Part shown: positions 31,385-41,849 of the stretch, piece after piece
Layout: the number at the start of each line of letters is the position of its first letter
How positions within the stretch are numbered: the first letter of the stretch is position 1
Assembly: GCA_963770565.1 (NCBI GenBank)
Contig: CAVYQE010000001.1
Location: 576,001 to 640,000, forward strand
DNA: 64,000 nucleotides
Direction: 5' to 3'
Origin: an uncultured Actinomycetota bacterium
Lineage (GTDB): Bacteria; Actinomycetota; Actinomycetes; JAFAQI01
Program-made: the position numbers and the translations under genes
The notes under the pieces: generated by a model
What the model saw: only the letters and a program-made list of their open reading frames with translations
What the model was told of the DNA's origin: nothing
Databases searched by the model: none

Positions 31385-32422
31385 GTGAGCACTCGCGTCG
31401 TCATGGTGACCGGGGTCTCCCGTTACCAGGGCGGCCTGCTGGCGGCGCGACTGTCCGAGGACGACTCGATCGAACGGGTGATCGGGGTCGATGTCGAGCC
31501 GCCGAAGAACGATGTCGGCCGGACCGAGTTCGTTCGGGCCGACATCCGCAACCCGATCATCGCGAAGGTCATCGCGTCGGCGAAGGTCGACACGGTCGTC
31601 CACCTGAGCGTGATCGCGACGCCGTTCGGCGCCGGTGGCCGGACCGCGATGAAGGAGATCAACGTCATCGGCACCATGCAGCTGCTCGCCGCCTGCCAGA
31701 AGGCGCCGAGCGTGCGGAAGCTCGTGGTGAAGTCGACGACCGCGGTCTACGGCTCGTCCTCGCGCGACCCGGCGTTGTTCACCGAGGACATGGAACCCCG
31801 GGCGCTGCCACGGTCCGGCTACGCCAAGGACTCGGTCGAGGTCGAGGGCTATGTGCGAGGTCTCGGGCGCCGCCGGCCGGACATCGACGTGACGTTGCTC
31901 CGCTTCGCAAACTTCATCGGCCCCAACATCGACACCCCGCTGACCCGCTACTTCTCGCTGCCGGTGGTGCCGACCGTGTTCGGCTTCGACCCGCGGCTTC
32001 AGCTGCTCCACGAGGACGACGGCATGGAGGTGCTGCGGCGAGCTGTGGTCGAGGACCACCGCGGCACGTTCAACGTCGCTGCCGACGGGGTGTTGTTGCT
32101 CTCGCAGGCGATCCGGCGCTCCGGACGTACATCGGTGCAGTTCCCGTCCCGCGCGGTGACCGTGGTCGGCTCGGCGTTCCGGCGTACCGGTCTGGTGGAC
32201 TTCTCACCGGAGCAGCTGCAGTTCCTGCTGTACGGGCGCGGCGTGGCGACCAAACGGTTGGCCGAGGACTTCGGCTACACGACCCGCTACACGACGGTGG
32301 AGGCCTTCGACGACTTCGTGTCCGGCAGCGGCCTGCGGCCGGTGATCGACCCGGTCCGGATCGAGGCGGCCGAGGAGCGGCTCGGCGGTTTGCTCGAGCG
32401 ACTGAGCCCGGCCCATGTCTGA
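31385..32422 (+). CDS. NAD-dependent epimerase/dehydratase family protein
   Basis: MVTGVS, KEINVIGTMQLLAAC, GFDPRLQLLHEDD. Confidence 0.9.
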   Translation: MSTRVVMVTGVSRYQGGLLAARLSEDDSIERVIGVDVEPPKNDVGRTEFVRADIRNPIIAKVIASAKVDTVVHLSVIATPFGAGGRTAMKEINVIGTMQLLAACQKAPSVRKLVVKSTTAVYGSSSRDPALFTEDMEPRALPRSGYAKDSVEVEGYVRGLGRRRPDIDVTLLRFANFIGPNIDTPLTRYFSLPVVPTVFGFDPRLQLLHEDDGMEVLRRAVVEDHRGTFNVAADGVLLLSQAIRRSGRTSVQFPSRAVTVVGSAFRRTGLVDFSPEQLQFLLYGRGVATKRLAEDFGYTTRYTTVEAFDDFVSGSGLRPVIDPVRIEAAEERLGGLLERLSPAHV

Positions 32423-33377
32423 CGCGCGGGTCATCCCGCTGGACGGCGGTGACGGGCCGACCGGGCGTCGCCGCAAGCCGCGTGCGGCTGAGCCGCCACC
32501 CGGGCCCGAGGAGCCGGTCGAGGTCGCCGCCGAGGCGCCGGACTGGGAGCGCACGATCGCGGGCGCGATGGCGTTCCTGCGTCGCCGGATCACCGGCGAC
32601 TACGAGGTCGACGACTTCGGCTTCGACACCGACCTGACCGACAACGTTCTGCTGCCGCTGATGCGGCCGCTGTACGACAAGTGGTTCCGGGTCGAGATCA
32701 ACGGGATCGAGAACGTCCCGGTCGTGGGCGGCGCGTTGATCGTCGCGAACCACTCCGGCACGATCCCGGTCGACGCGGCGATGACGCAGCTGGCGCTCTA
32801 CGACCACCATCCGGCGCACCGCCACCTGCGGATGCTCGCCGCCGACCTGGTCTTCACGCTGCCGGTTGTGGCGCCGATGGCCCGCAAGGCCGGGGCGACC
32901 CTGGCCTGCAACGAGGACGCCGAGCGACTGCTGGGTGCGGGCGAGCTGGTCGGCGTGTGGCCCGAGGGCTTCAAGGGCATCGGCAAGCCGTTCAGCGAGC
33001 GCTACAAGCTGCAGCGCTTCGGCCGCGGTGGCTTCGTGTCGGCGGCGTTGCGGTCCGGCGTACCGATCATTCCCTGCTCGATCGTCGGCGCGGAGGAGAT
33101 CTACCCGCTGATCGGCAACATCCCGGCGCTGGCGCGCGCGTTCGGGCTGCCCTACATCCCGATCACGCCGTTCTTCCCGCTGCTCGGGCCGCTCGGCCTG
33201 TTGCCGCTGCCGTCGAAGTGGATCATCGAGTTCGGCGAGCCGATCGAGACCGACAAGATCGGCTCCGGCGGCGCGGACGACCCGATGCTCGTGTTCAACC
33301 TGACCGACCAGATCCGCGAGACCATCCAGCAGACCCTTTACAAGCTCCTTCTCGCCCGACGCAGCGTCTTCTTCTGA
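32415..33377 (+). CDS. Lysophospholipid acyltransferase family protein
   Basis: ANHSGTIPVD (HxxxxD), WPEG, FGRGGF. Confidence 0.92.
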   Translation: MSDARVIPLDGGDGPTGRRRKPRAAEPPPGPEEPVEVAAEAPDWERTIAGAMAFLRRRITGDYEVDDFGFDTDLTDNVLLPLMRPLYDKWFRVEINGIENVPVVGGALIVANHSGTIPVDAAMTQLALYDHHPAHRHLRMLAADLVFTLPVVAPMARKAGATLACNEDAERLLGAGELVGVWPEGFKGIGKPFSERYKLQRFGRGGFVSAALRSGVPIIPCSIVGAEEIYPLIGNIPALARAFGLPYIPITPFFPLLGPLGLLPLPSKWIIEFGEPIETDKIGSGGADDPMLVFNLTDQIRETIQQTLYKLLLARRSVFF

Positions 33378-33384
33378 CCGCCTG

Positions 33385-33469
33385 CCGAGCAATGTCACAT
33401 TGCCCCCCACTCCGTGGGGGCAATGTGACACCACCCCCACGAACAGCGGGGCAATGTGACATTGCTCGG
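33385..33469. repeat. Three-arm palindromic REP-like element (family copy 2), between convergent genes
   Basis: Perfect 22-bp arms CCGAGCAATGTCACATTGCCCC / GGGGCAATGTGACATTGCTCGG, with an extra internal arm ending at 33430. Confidence 0.88.
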
Positions 33470-34372
33470 TCAGGATCTGAGGGCGCGGCGGACTGAGGCG
33501 ATTGCGCTGTTGTGGCGGCGGTGCATGGCGAGGCCGACCGCGATTCCGCCGGCGATCGCTCCCGCACCTGCAGCAGCCGGTACGCCGATCTTTGCCGCCT
33601 TGCGTCCGGTGCGGAAGTCCCGCACATCCCACCCGCGCTCGCGGGCGATCCGCTTGAGCTGAGCATCGGGGTTCACCGCTACCGGGTGGCCGACGGTCGT
33701 GAGCATCGGCAGGTCGTTGGCGCTGTCGGAGTACGCCGAGCACTGCGCGAGGTCGAGGCCCTCCTTCGCGGCCAGCGCGATGATCGCCTCGGCCTTGGCC
33801 GGGCCGTGCAACGGCTCACCGACCAGCCGGCCGGTGTAGATCCCGCCCTTGATCTCCGACACGGTGCCGAGCGCGCCGGTCAGCCCCAGCCGGCGGGCGA
33901 GCAGGGAGGCGAGCTCGGCCGGCGCAGCGGTCACCAGCCAGACCCGCTGCCCGGCATCGAGATGCAGCTGGGCAAGGGCGCGGGTGCCGGACCAGATCTT
34001 GTCCGCGATCAGCTCGTCGTAGATGTCCTCGGCGAGCGTGGTGACCTCGACGACCGAGTGACCGGCGATGAACCCGAGCGCGGCCTGCTTCGCCTCCTCC
34101 ATGTGCTCGAGGTCCTCGGTCCCGCTGAGGCGGAACGCCACCTGCTTCCAGGCGAACGCGGCCAGGTCACGCCAGGTGAAGAAGTCGCGCGCCGCCAGCC
34201 CGCGGGCGAAGTGGTAGATCGACGCGCCCTGCAGCATCGTGTTGTCGACGTCGAAGAAGCCGGCCGCGTGCGGATCGACCGGGATCGCGAGGCTCGCCTC
34301 GACCTCGGCAACCGCCGCCGAGGCCATGCCCGCCTCGACGGCGCTGCGCCGCGATCGCGACCTGGCGGCCAT
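33470..34372 (-). CDS. HAD-IB family hydrolase (SerB1-like)
   Basis: [32 protein letters not shown]; GAGGAG RBS before the ATG at 34372. Confidence 0.92.
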   Translation of the reverse strand: MAARSRSRRSAVEAGMASAAVAEVEASLAIPVDPHAAGFFDVDNTMLQGASIYHFARGLAARDFFTWRDLAAFAWKQVAFRLSGTEDLEHMEEAKQAALGFIAGHSVVEVTTLAEDIYDELIADKIWSGTRALAQLHLDAGQRVWLVTAAPAELASLLARRLGLTGALGTVSEIKGGIYTGRLVGEPLHGPAKAEAIIALAAKEGLDLAQCSAYSDSANDLPMLTTVGHPVAVNPDAQLKRIARERGWDVRDFRTGRKAAKIGVPAAAGAGAIAGGIAVGLAMHRRHNSAIASVRRALRS

Positions 34373-34426
34373 GCTCCTCAGCCTAGTGTCCGGCACATCG
34401 CCGAGAGCTCTGGTTAGGGTCGAGGG

Positions 34427-36412
34427 GTGCCCGCCGCGACCCCGCCGAGCCGGTTGCCGGCCGGTCGCAGCCCGGCCGCCCGGCGCAGCGCCGCGTCCGC
34501 GGTCGCCGCTCGGGAGTCCCGCTCGCGCCAGGAACGCCGCCGCCGCCGTCAGGTGCTGATCTGGTTCGTCGTCGCCGTACTGGTGGCCGTGGGCACCTTC
34601 GTTTCGGGCCTGGTCGCCGCGCCGCTTAACTACAACTTCCAGCCGGTGCCGCCCAAGTCGGTGCTTCTGCTCGACTCGGCCGGCCAGCCGTTCGCCACCA
34701 TTCGCTCGCCGCAGGTCGAGGACCCGGTGCGGGGATCGCAGATCCCGCTCGTGATGCGACAGGCGATCGTCGCGGCCGAGGACCAGCGGTTCTACTCGAG
34801 CGTCGGGATCGACCCGGTCGCGATCGCCCGGGCGGCGTGGCGCGACATCACCGGCCATCAGATCCAGGGCGGGTCGACGATCACCCAGCAGTACGTGAAG
34901 AACGTCTACACCGGCAGCCAGCGCACGCCGTTGCGCAAGCTGCGCGAGGCGTCCTTGGCGATCCGGCTCGAGCAGCACCTCACCAAGGACGAGATCCTCA
35001 CCCGATACCTCAACACCCTGTACCTGGGCAACGGCACGGCCGGAGTGGAGGCGGCGAGCCGGTTCTACTTCGGCGTCCCGGTCTCCTCGCTCGGGCTTAA
35101 CACCGCGACCGGCAAGCAGGACCCGTCGCTGGCGCTGGCCCGAGCGGCCACCCTGGCCGGCATCGCGCCCGCGCCGTCGGACTGGAACCCGCTGCAGGAT
35201 CCCCAGCAGGCGCGGGCCCGCGAGCTCTACGTGCTCAACCGGATGCAGGTGTCCGGCTACATCAACTCCGAGCAGGCCGGCGACGCGTACGGTACGTCGC
35301 TCCCGCCGATCGTCGCCGCCGCCGAGCCCGAGGCGCAGACCATCGCGCCGGAGTTCCGCGACCTCATCGCTCAACAGCTTCAGCACTACGGGGACTCGAC
35401 GCTGTTCACCTCGGGCGGCATGCAGGTACGGACCACCCTCGACCTGAGCCTCCAGCAGGCGGCCACTGAGGCGCTCAGCGAGGTGCTGCCCAAGCAGCAC
35501 GGGCTCAACGCGGTGGTCGTGGCCGTCGACCCACGTAACGGCGATCTCCGCGCGCTCGCCGAGCACAAGGCGGGCGGATACGTCCAGAACGGCGAGGACC
35601 TGGCCGACCCGCCGGTGGCCGACATCACCCGCTCCTCCGGCTCGACGATCAAGCCGTTCACGCTGGCGGTGGCGCTGGAGCACGGGCATGCCCTGGATGA
35701 GACGGTCCAGGCGCCCGAATGCGTCCAGATCACCGCCGGCTACCGGCCGTGCAATGCCGAGGGTGGCGCCGGCACCTACACGCTCCAGACCGCGCTCGAG
35801 CAGTCCATCAACACCGTCTACGCGCCGCTCGCCGTTGACGTCGGGCTGAACCGCGTCGTGGCCTTCGCCAAGCGGGCCGGGATGGTGGTGGGTCGGCTCG
35901 ACAGCGGTCGGTCCTGCGGGGCCCGCAAGGGCTCGATCTGCCCGTCGTACGCGCTGGGGATCCCGGTCAGCCCGCTGTCCGAAGCGGATGCCTACGGGTC
36001 GTTCGTGGATCAGGGCGTCCACCATGCGGTGCGCAGCATTCTGGCGGTGCGGACGCCGGCCCAGGGCGAGTTGTTCCGGGCCGCGCCGCTGCCGGCCGGC
36101 AAGCGGGTGATGCCGGCGAAGATCGCCGACGACGTGACCACGGCGATGCAGGGTGTCGTGGACTCCGGCACCGGGATGGCCGCCCGTCAACCGTTCCCGG
36201 TCTACGGCAAGACCGGGACGACCGACCACTTCACCGATGCCTGGTTCACCGGGTGCACCCGCACGCTGTGCATCACGATCTGGATGGGCGACACGAATCC
36301 GCGTGAGCTGCGGGACGCGAGCGGTGCGCCGGTGTACGGCGGGACGCTGCCGGCGAAGCTGTTCGCGCAGACCTTTGCCGACTATCGGGCGGTGCAGAGC
36401 GGGCAGTCCTAG
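34427..36412 (+). CDS. Class A penicillin-binding protein (transglycosylase/transpeptidase)
   Basis: [25 protein letters not shown]; SxxK (STIK), SxN (SIN), KTGT. Confidence 0.94.
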   Translation: MPAATPPSRLPAGRSPAARRSAASAVAARESRSRQERRRRRQVLIWFVVAVLVAVGTFVSGLVAAPLNYNFQPVPPKSVLLLDSAGQPFATIRSPQVEDPVRGSQIPLVMRQAIVAAEDQRFYSSVGIDPVAIARAAWRDITGHQIQGGSTITQQYVKNVYTGSQRTPLRKLREASLAIRLEQHLTKDEILTRYLNTLYLGNGTAGVEAASRFYFGVPVSSLGLNTATGKQDPSLALARAATLAGIAPAPSDWNPLQDPQQARARELYVLNRMQVSGYINSEQAGDAYGTSLPPIVAAAEPEAQTIAPEFRDLIAQQLQHYGDSTLFTSGGMQVRTTLDLSLQQAATEALSEVLPKQHGLNAVVVAVDPRNGDLRALAEHKAGGYVQNGEDLADPPVADITRSSGSTIKPFTLAVALEHGHALDETVQAPECVQITAGYRPCNAEGGAGTYTLQTALEQSINTVYAPLAVDVGLNRVVAFAKRAGMVVGRLDSGRSCGARKGSICPSYALGIPVSPLSEADAYGSFVDQGVHHAVRSILAVRTPAQGELFRAAPLPAGKRVMPAKIADDVTTAMQGVVDSGTGMAARQPFPVYGKTGTTDHFTDAWFTGCTRTLCITIWMGDTNPRELRDASGAPVYGGTLPAKLFAQTFADYRAVQSGQS

Positions 36413-36474
36413 CCGGCCTCGGCGGCGTTCCGGACCAGGTTCCGGGCGCTTGCAAGTGTGAAACACTTTGCGGT

Positions 36475-37992
36475 ATGGCCGCCCGCAACCTCGCTGATCT
36501 GGTGCGGGATGCGGCCGAGGCCAACCCGGACAAGATCGCGCTGATCGACGGCGAGGTCACGGTCACCTGGGCCGAGCTCGACGCCCTGGTCGCCCGAGCC
36601 GCGAACGGGTTGCGCGCGGCCGGCTGCGAGGTGGGAGACCGGGTCGGGATCCTGCTTCCCAACTGCATCGAGTTCGCGACCGCGTACTTCGGGACGTTGC
36701 GCGCGGGCTTCGTCGCCGTACCGTTCAACACCGCCTACACCCCGCACGAGCTGCGATTCCAGCTAGCGGATGCGTCGGTGCGGCTGGTGGTCACCGACAC
36801 CGCCCACCTGAGTCAGCTCGGCGATCTCACCGAGGACTCGCTCGTGGTGGTCGGAGCCGAGTCGGGCTCGTGGCAGCAGCTGCTCGATGCCGGCGACGCC
36901 GGACCGGCGGCCGGTGACCCGGTCGGCGGCGAGGACCTTGCGCTGCTGCTCTACACCTCCGGTACTTCGGGCCGCCCGCGCGGCGCGATGCTGAGCCATC
37001 GCGCGCTGCTGGCCAACCTCGACCAACTGCACGCGATCGAGCCACCGGTCGCGACGCCCGACGATCGGGTGCTGTTGGTGCTGCCGCTCTTCCACGTTTA
37101 CGGGCTCAACTCCGGGCTCGGCCTGGTCGCGCGGATCGGCGCGACCGGGGTGCTGGCCCGCCGGTTCGACCCGATCGAGACGCTGGCGCTCGTCCACGAC
37201 CAGCAGGTCAGCTGCATCGTCGGCGCCCCCCCGATGTACGTCGCGTGGGCGGCGCTCCCGAAGCTCGGCGAGGGTCTGAGCTCAGTGCGCCTGGCGCTGT
37301 CGGGTGCGGCGCCACTGCCCCCGGCCGTGGTCGCAGCCATTCTCGAGGCCAGCGGACATCACGTCTTCGAGGGTTACGGCCTGACCGAGACGGCTCCGGT
37401 GCTGACCACGACGCTGTGCAGCCCGGTCGCAAAGGCCGGCAGCGTCGGACGACCGGTTCCAGGTGTCGAGGTCAAGATCCTCGACGACGCCGAGGAGGAG
37501 GTCGACGAGCACGATCCCGGTGAGTTGATCGTGCGTGGCGACAACCTGTTCTCCGGCTACTGGCCGGACGCCGAGGGCGGCCCGGACGCCGAGGGCTGGT
37601 TCCGGACCGGCGACATCGCCTACGCCGACGCCGAGGGCGACCTGTATCTCGTGGACCGGGCTCGCGAGCTGATCCTCGTTAGCGGTTTCAACGTCTATCC
37701 GCGCGAGGTGGAAGATGCGCTCGCCGACCACGAGGCGGTCGACGAGGTGGCGGTGATCGGCGTCCCGCACCTCTACACCGGCGAGACCGTGAAGGCGCTC
37801 GTGGTGCTGAAGCCGGGCGCGATCGCGACCGAGGACGAGTTGATCGGGTACGCCGCGTCACGACTCGCGCGGTTCAAGTGCCCGACCGTCGTCGAGTTCG
37901 TCGCGTCGCTGCCGCACTCGCTCACCGGCAAGGTGTCGAAGGGCAGGCTGCGGGCGGACGCGGCTGCCAAGTCGGCCGCCAGCAGCGAGTGA
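36475..37992 (+). CDS. Long-chain acyl-CoA ligase (AMP-binding)
   Basis: [37 protein letters not shown]. Confidence 0.93.
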   Translation: MAARNLADLVRDAAEANPDKIALIDGEVTVTWAELDALVARAANGLRAAGCEVGDRVGILLPNCIEFATAYFGTLRAGFVAVPFNTAYTPHELRFQLADASVRLVVTDTAHLSQLGDLTEDSLVVVGAESGSWQQLLDAGDAGPAAGDPVGGEDLALLLYTSGTSGRPRGAMLSHRALLANLDQLHAIEPPVATPDDRVLLVLPLFHVYGLNSGLGLVARIGATGVLARRFDPIETLALVHDQQVSCIVGAPPMYVAWAALPKLGEGLSSVRLALSGAAPLPPAVVAAILEASGHHVFEGYGLTETAPVLTTTLCSPVAKAGSVGRPVPGVEVKILDDAEEEVDEHDPGELIVRGDNLFSGYWPDAEGGPDAEGWFRTGDIAYADAEGDLYLVDRARELILVSGFNVYPREVEDALADHEAVDEVAVIGVPHLYTGETVKALVVLKPGAIATEDELIGYAASRLARFKCPTVVEFVASLPHSLTGKVSKGRLRADAAAKSAASSE

Positions 37993-38237
37993 GCGAGCCG
38001 GCCCCGCGCGTCGTCGTACTCGTCACGCCCGGTTGCCACTTGTGCGCGGACGCGTGCGCGGCCGTCGGCGCGGTCTGTGCCGAACTCTCGATCGGCTGGT
38101 CGTCGCGCGAGCTCAGCGAGCTCGACGAGGCAAGCCAGGCCCGGTGGCGCGAGTACGTGCCGGTGGTTCTGGTGGACGGCGACGTCCACGACATCTTCCG
38201 GGTCGACGCCGACCGGCTGCGCGCCGCCCTGCACTGA
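37989..38237 (+). CDS. Glutaredoxin-like protein (DUF836)
   Basis: PGCHLC, VPVVLVDG; usual neighbour of rex. Confidence 0.88.
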   Translation: MSEPAPRVVVLVTPGCHLCADACAAVGAVCAELSIGWSSRELSELDEASQARWREYVPVVLVDGDVHDIFRVDADRLRAALH

Positions 38238-38292
38238 CCCACGCATGGCCCATCAGTGGGGCCATAGCCCCACCCATGGGCCATTGGTGGGG
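38238..38292. repeat. About two degenerate copies of the 31-bp unit found at 46636, between convergent genes
   Basis: CACGCATGGCCCATCAGTGGGGC matches the reverse complement of the VNTR unit with 1 mismatch. Confidence 0.8.
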
Positions 38293-38297
38293 TTCGG

Positions 38298-39503
38298 CTA
38301 GTCGCCGACGCTGACGGCCTCGGCCTGGGCGAGCCACTCGCGCTGGGTGGCGAGCGCGGCCTCGGTCTCGGCGACCAGCTTGCCGTCCCCGGCCGCCTGG
38401 GCCCGGCCCAATCGGGCCTCGAGCTTGCCGACCGACTCCCTCAATCGCAGCACCAGCGTCGACTCGGTCACCTGCACCTTGCGGCCGGCCGCAGTGGCGT
38501 CGCGGATCCGCCGCTCGATCTGCTCGAGCTGGTCCTCGAGAGAGTCCTTGGCGTCGCGCGGGACGTGCCCGACCTTCTCCCAGCGGTCGTGGATCGTGCG
38601 CAGTCGCTTGCGGGCGCCGTCGGGGTCGGCGCCGGCGTCGAGCGACTCGGCCTCGGTGAGCAGCGCCTGCTTGGCCTCGAGGTTGGCCTTCAGCTCGGAG
38701 TCGCGCGCGGCGAAGACCTCGGACCGGCGGGTGAAGAAGGCGTCCTGAGCGGTCTTGAACCGCTGCCACAACTCCTGCTCCACCTCCCGGGCGGCTCGTC
38801 CGGAGGCCTTCCATTCGGTCATCAGCTCGCGGAACCGCTTCGCGGTCGGAGCCCACTCGGTCGACCCGGCGAGCTTCTCGGCTTCGTTCGCCAGCTTCGT
38901 CTTGTGCTCGGCGGCCACGCCGCGCTGCTGATCGACCTCGGCGAAGTGGGTCCGGCGGCGGGAGTCGAACTGCCGGCGCGCCTTGGACAGCTGGTCCCAG
39001 AGCGTCGCGTCGGTCCGCCGGTCGACGCCGCGGATTCCCTTCCACTCCTCGACGATTGCGCGATAGCGCTCGCCGCTCGCGCGCCAGCTGTCGCTGGTCG
39101 ACAGCTTCTCCGCCTCGGCCACCAAGGCCCGCTTTTGATCAGCCGCCGCGGTTGCGGCCGCGGCCCGCTCAGCCGCCTTCGCCGCCTGGCGTTCGGCGAT
39201 CGTGACCAGTACGGCGTCGAGGCGCTGCACCAGGCTGTCGAGGTCGCCGAGCGCGGCGGCCGACGGCACGACCTCGCGCAGCTTCCGGGCCGCGGTGCCG
39301 ACGGCCGACGGATCGCTCGCGGGGGACTGCGCCCGCCCTTCGAGCAGGGTGACCTCGGCGGCTAGCTCGGTGTAGCGACGGGCATAGAACTCGATGCCGT
39401 CGTCCGGGCTCCCGGCGTGCCACGAGCCGATGACCCGTTCGCCATCGGCGGTGCGCACGTACACCGTGCCGTCATCGTCGATGCGGCCCCATTCGCTGCT
39501 CAT
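38298..39503 (-). CDS. DUF349 domain protein
   Basis: WGRIDDDGTVYVRT, repeated W..WK..G...LW..F helical units. Confidence 0.9.
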   Translation of the reverse strand: MSSEWGRIDDDGTVYVRTADGERVIGSWHAGSPDDGIEFYARRYTELAAEVTLLEGRAQSPASDPSAVGTAARKLREVVPSAAALGDLDSLVQRLDAVLVTIAERQAAKAAERAAAATAAADQKRALVAEAEKLSTSDSWRASGERYRAIVEEWKGIRGVDRRTDATLWDQLSKARRQFDSRRRTHFAEVDQQRGVAAEHKTKLANEAEKLAGSTEWAPTAKRFRELMTEWKASGRAAREVEQELWQRFKTAQDAFFTRRSEVFAARDSELKANLEAKQALLTEAESLDAGADPDGARKRLRTIHDRWEKVGHVPRDAKDSLEDQLEQIERRIRDATAAGRKVQVTESTLVLRLRESVGKLEARLGRAQAAGDGKLVAETEAALATQREWLAQAEAVSVGD

Positions 39504-39631
39504 CGTGACGAATCCTCACATGTGACGGCCTTGAACGGTAGGCCACCGGTGTCTCCGCAGGTAACGCCCGGCGGGTCGCAGCGCGTACCGCGGTTGCCGG
39601 TCGATGCCGGCTTCACAACCGCACAACCGTT

Positions 39632-39649
39632 TTGTGCACATCTTCACAA
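39632..39649. promoter_or_regulatory. Rex operator (ROP) upstream of the rex-hem operon
   Basis: TTGTGCACATCTTCACAA versus consensus TTGTGAANNNNTTCACAA. Confidence 0.85.
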
Positions 39650-39697
39650 GCGGGTTACAGTCGGTTCAGGACGCTGACGCGATGGTTGGGAGCCAGG

Positions 39698-40444
39698 ATG
39701 ACGACGGCTGACCCGACCTCGAACGGATCCGGGCTCGCCTCGGTCGATGCGTCGGCCCCCGGATCCAACGGAACCGCCCCGCGCGGGCGCTCGCGGCGGC
39801 GCGGCGGCATCTCCGAGGCGACCGTGGCCCGACTGCCGGTTTACCTGCGGGTGCTGAGCTCGCTCGCTGAGGGCGGCGTCGGCACCATCTCCTCCGACCT
39901 GCTGGCCCGGGCCGCGGGCGTCGGGCCGGCCAAGCTGCGCAAGGACCTGTCCCACCTCGGCTCCTACGGGACGCGAGGCGTCGGGTACGACGTCGATTTC
40001 CTCGTCTACCAGATCTCCCGCGCGTTGGGGCTCACCCAGCACTACAGCGTCGTGATCGTCGGGGTCGGCAACCTCGGTCAGGCGCTGGCCGGCTACGGGG
40101 GGTTCGGGACCCGCGGATTCCGGGTCGCGGCGCTGGTCGACGCCGACCGGGGCAGGGTCGGTGAGGTGATTGCCGGGGTCGAGGTCCGCCACGTCGACGA
40201 GCTCGAGGCGATCCTCGCCGAGCAGGAGGTCTCGATCGGTGTGATCGCCACTCCCGCCTCCGCGGCGCAGGACGTGTGCGACCGGTTGATCGGCGCCGGG
40301 GTCACCAGCGTGCTCAACTTCGCTCCGGTCGTGCTCTCGGTCCCCGACGGGGTCGACCTGCGCAAAGTCGACCTCTCGATCGAGCTGCAGATCCTGGCCT
40401 TCCACGAGCAGCGCAAGTCCGTCGTCGGGCCGGAGAACTCATGA
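39698..40444 (+). CDS. rex: Redox-sensing transcriptional repressor Rex
   Basis: ATVARLPVYLR, LRKDLS, YGTRGVGY, GVGNLG, LNFAP. Confidence 0.96.
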   Translation: MTTADPTSNGSGLASVDASAPGSNGTAPRGRSRRRGGISEATVARLPVYLRVLSSLAEGGVGTISSDLLARAAGVGPAKLRKDLSHLGSYGTRGVGYDVDFLVYQISRALGLTQHYSVVIVGVGNLGQALAGYGGFGTRGFRVAALVDADRGRVGEVIAGVEVRHVDELEAILAEQEVSIGVIATPASAAQDVCDRLIGAGVTSVLNFAPVVLSVPDGVDLRKVDLSIELQILAFHEQRKSVVGPENS

Positions 40445-40530
40445 GCGAGTACCGAAGCGAAGCGGAGGTGGCTCGCTCCAACGTCATTTGCGTTTCCGCA
40501 TTGGTGCGCCCCGTTGGGAGGCATCAATGA
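40441..40530 (+). repeat. MIRU-like hairpin insert carrying a 29-codon ORF that bridges rex and hemA
   Basis: ATGA at both ends (40441-40444, 40527-40530); GAGCGAG/CTCGCTC stem; ORF MSEYRSEAEVARSNVICVSALVRPVGRHQ. Confidence 0.6.
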
Positions 40531-41849
40531 GCCTGTTGGCGATCGGGCTGTCGCACCGCTCGACTCCGGTCGATCTGCTCGAGCGGGTCGTGATCGACAC
40601 GGATGCGATCGCGAAGCTGCTGGCCGACCTGGTCGGATCGGAGCACGTCGACGAAGCGCTCGTGCTCGCCACCTGCAACCGGCTGGAAGTGCATGCCGAG
40701 GTCCGCAAGTTCCACGGCGGGGTGCAGGAGATCAGCGAGCGGCTCGCGGCGCACACCGGCGTCGACCTGGAGACGCTGACCGAGCATCTCTACGTCCACT
40801 ACGAGGACCGCGCGGTTCAGCACCTGTTCGCGGTCGCGGCCGGACTCGACTCGATGGTGATCGGTGAGCAACAGATCCTCGGCCAACTGCGGGCAGCCCT
40901 CAACCTCGGCCGGACCGAGCACACCGTGCTGCGGTCGCTCGGCACGGTGGTCGACCACGCGCTGCGGGTCGGCAAGCGAGCCCACTCCGAGACCGGCATC
41001 GACCAGGCCGGGCGCTCGCTCGTGTCGGTCGGAGTCGACCTGGCCGAGCGCTCGCTCGACGGTCTGGCCGGGCGGAGCGCGGTGGTGGTCGGGGCGGGTG
41101 CGATGAGCTCGCTGGCCGCGACCGAGCTGCACACCCGGGGGATCGAGACACTGACGATCGTCAACCGGACGCCCGACCACGCCAAGCGGCTCGCCGCCCA
41201 GGTCGGCGGCACGGCCGCACCCATGTCGGCGCTCAGCGAGGTGCTGCGCGAGGCGGATGTCGTGATCTCGTGTACGGGCGCGGTCGGCACCATCGTCGGT
41301 GTGGACGGGCTGGACGATCGTGGTGGTCGGCCGGTGTTCGTCCTCGACCTGGCGATGCCGAGAGACGTGGACCCGGCGGTGGCTGCGCTGCCCGGCGTCA
41401 CGGTCGCCGATCTCGACTCGCTCGGCGCCAACCTCGACACCGCCGCGATCGAAGCCGACATCGAGGCGGTGCGCCGGATCGTGACCGACGCGGTCGGCGC
41501 CTACCTTGCCAAGCAGCGGGCCGACCGGGTGGCACCGACCGTCGTGGCCCTCCGGGCCCGCGCCCAACAGGTGGTCGACGCCGAGCTCACCCGGCTGCTC
41601 GGCCGGCTCCCGGACGCTGACGAGCGGCTTACCCGCGAGCTGCGATCGACGGTGGAGCGGGTGGTCGAGAAGCTGTTGCACGCGCCGACCGTGCGGGTCA
41701 AGGAGCTGGCCGAGGCGCCGGGCGGGGACTCGTACGCCGAGGCGCTGCGTGAGCTGTTCGCGCTCGATCCGGCCGCGACTGAGGCGGTCACACGCGCCGA
41801 CGTAGTCGTCGAGGAGACCGCGCGGCCCGAGACCGGGCCGGGCCAGTGA
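40527..41849 (+). CDS. hemA: Glutamyl-tRNA reductase
   Basis: GLSHR, TCNRLE, GLDSMVIGEQQILGQ, GAGAM, DLAMPRD, KLLHAPT. Confidence 0.97.
   Translation: MSLLAIGLSHRSTPVDLLERVVIDTDAIAKLLADLVGSEHVDEALVLATCNRLEVHAEVRKFHGGVQEISERLAAHTGVDLETLTEHLYVHYEDRAVQHLFAVAAGLDSMVIGEQQILGQLRAALNLGRTEHTVLRSLGTVVDHALRVGKRAHSETGIDQAGRSLVSVGVDLAERSLDGLAGRSAVVVGAGAMSSLAATELHTRGIETLTIVNRTPDHAKRLAAQVGGTAAPMSALSEVLREADVVISCTGAVGTIVGVDGLDDRGGRPVFVLDLAMPRDVDPAVAALPGVTVADLDSLGANLDTAAIEADIEAVRRIVTDAVGAYLAKQRADRVAPTVVALRARAQQVVDAELTRLLGRLPDADERLTRELRSTVERVVEKLLHAPTVRVKELAEAPGGDSYAEALRELFALDPAATEAVTRADVVVEETARPETGPGQ

Noticed and set aside
33470-36466. 998-aa minus-strand ORF as a large fusion protein
   Set aside because: Only the last 300 aa are a HAD hydrolase with its own RBS; the rest is the antisense shadow of the PBP gene
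39504-39524. Additional Rex box near the DUF349 start
   Set aside because: The GTGA-TCAC spacing does not fit the 18-bp ROP
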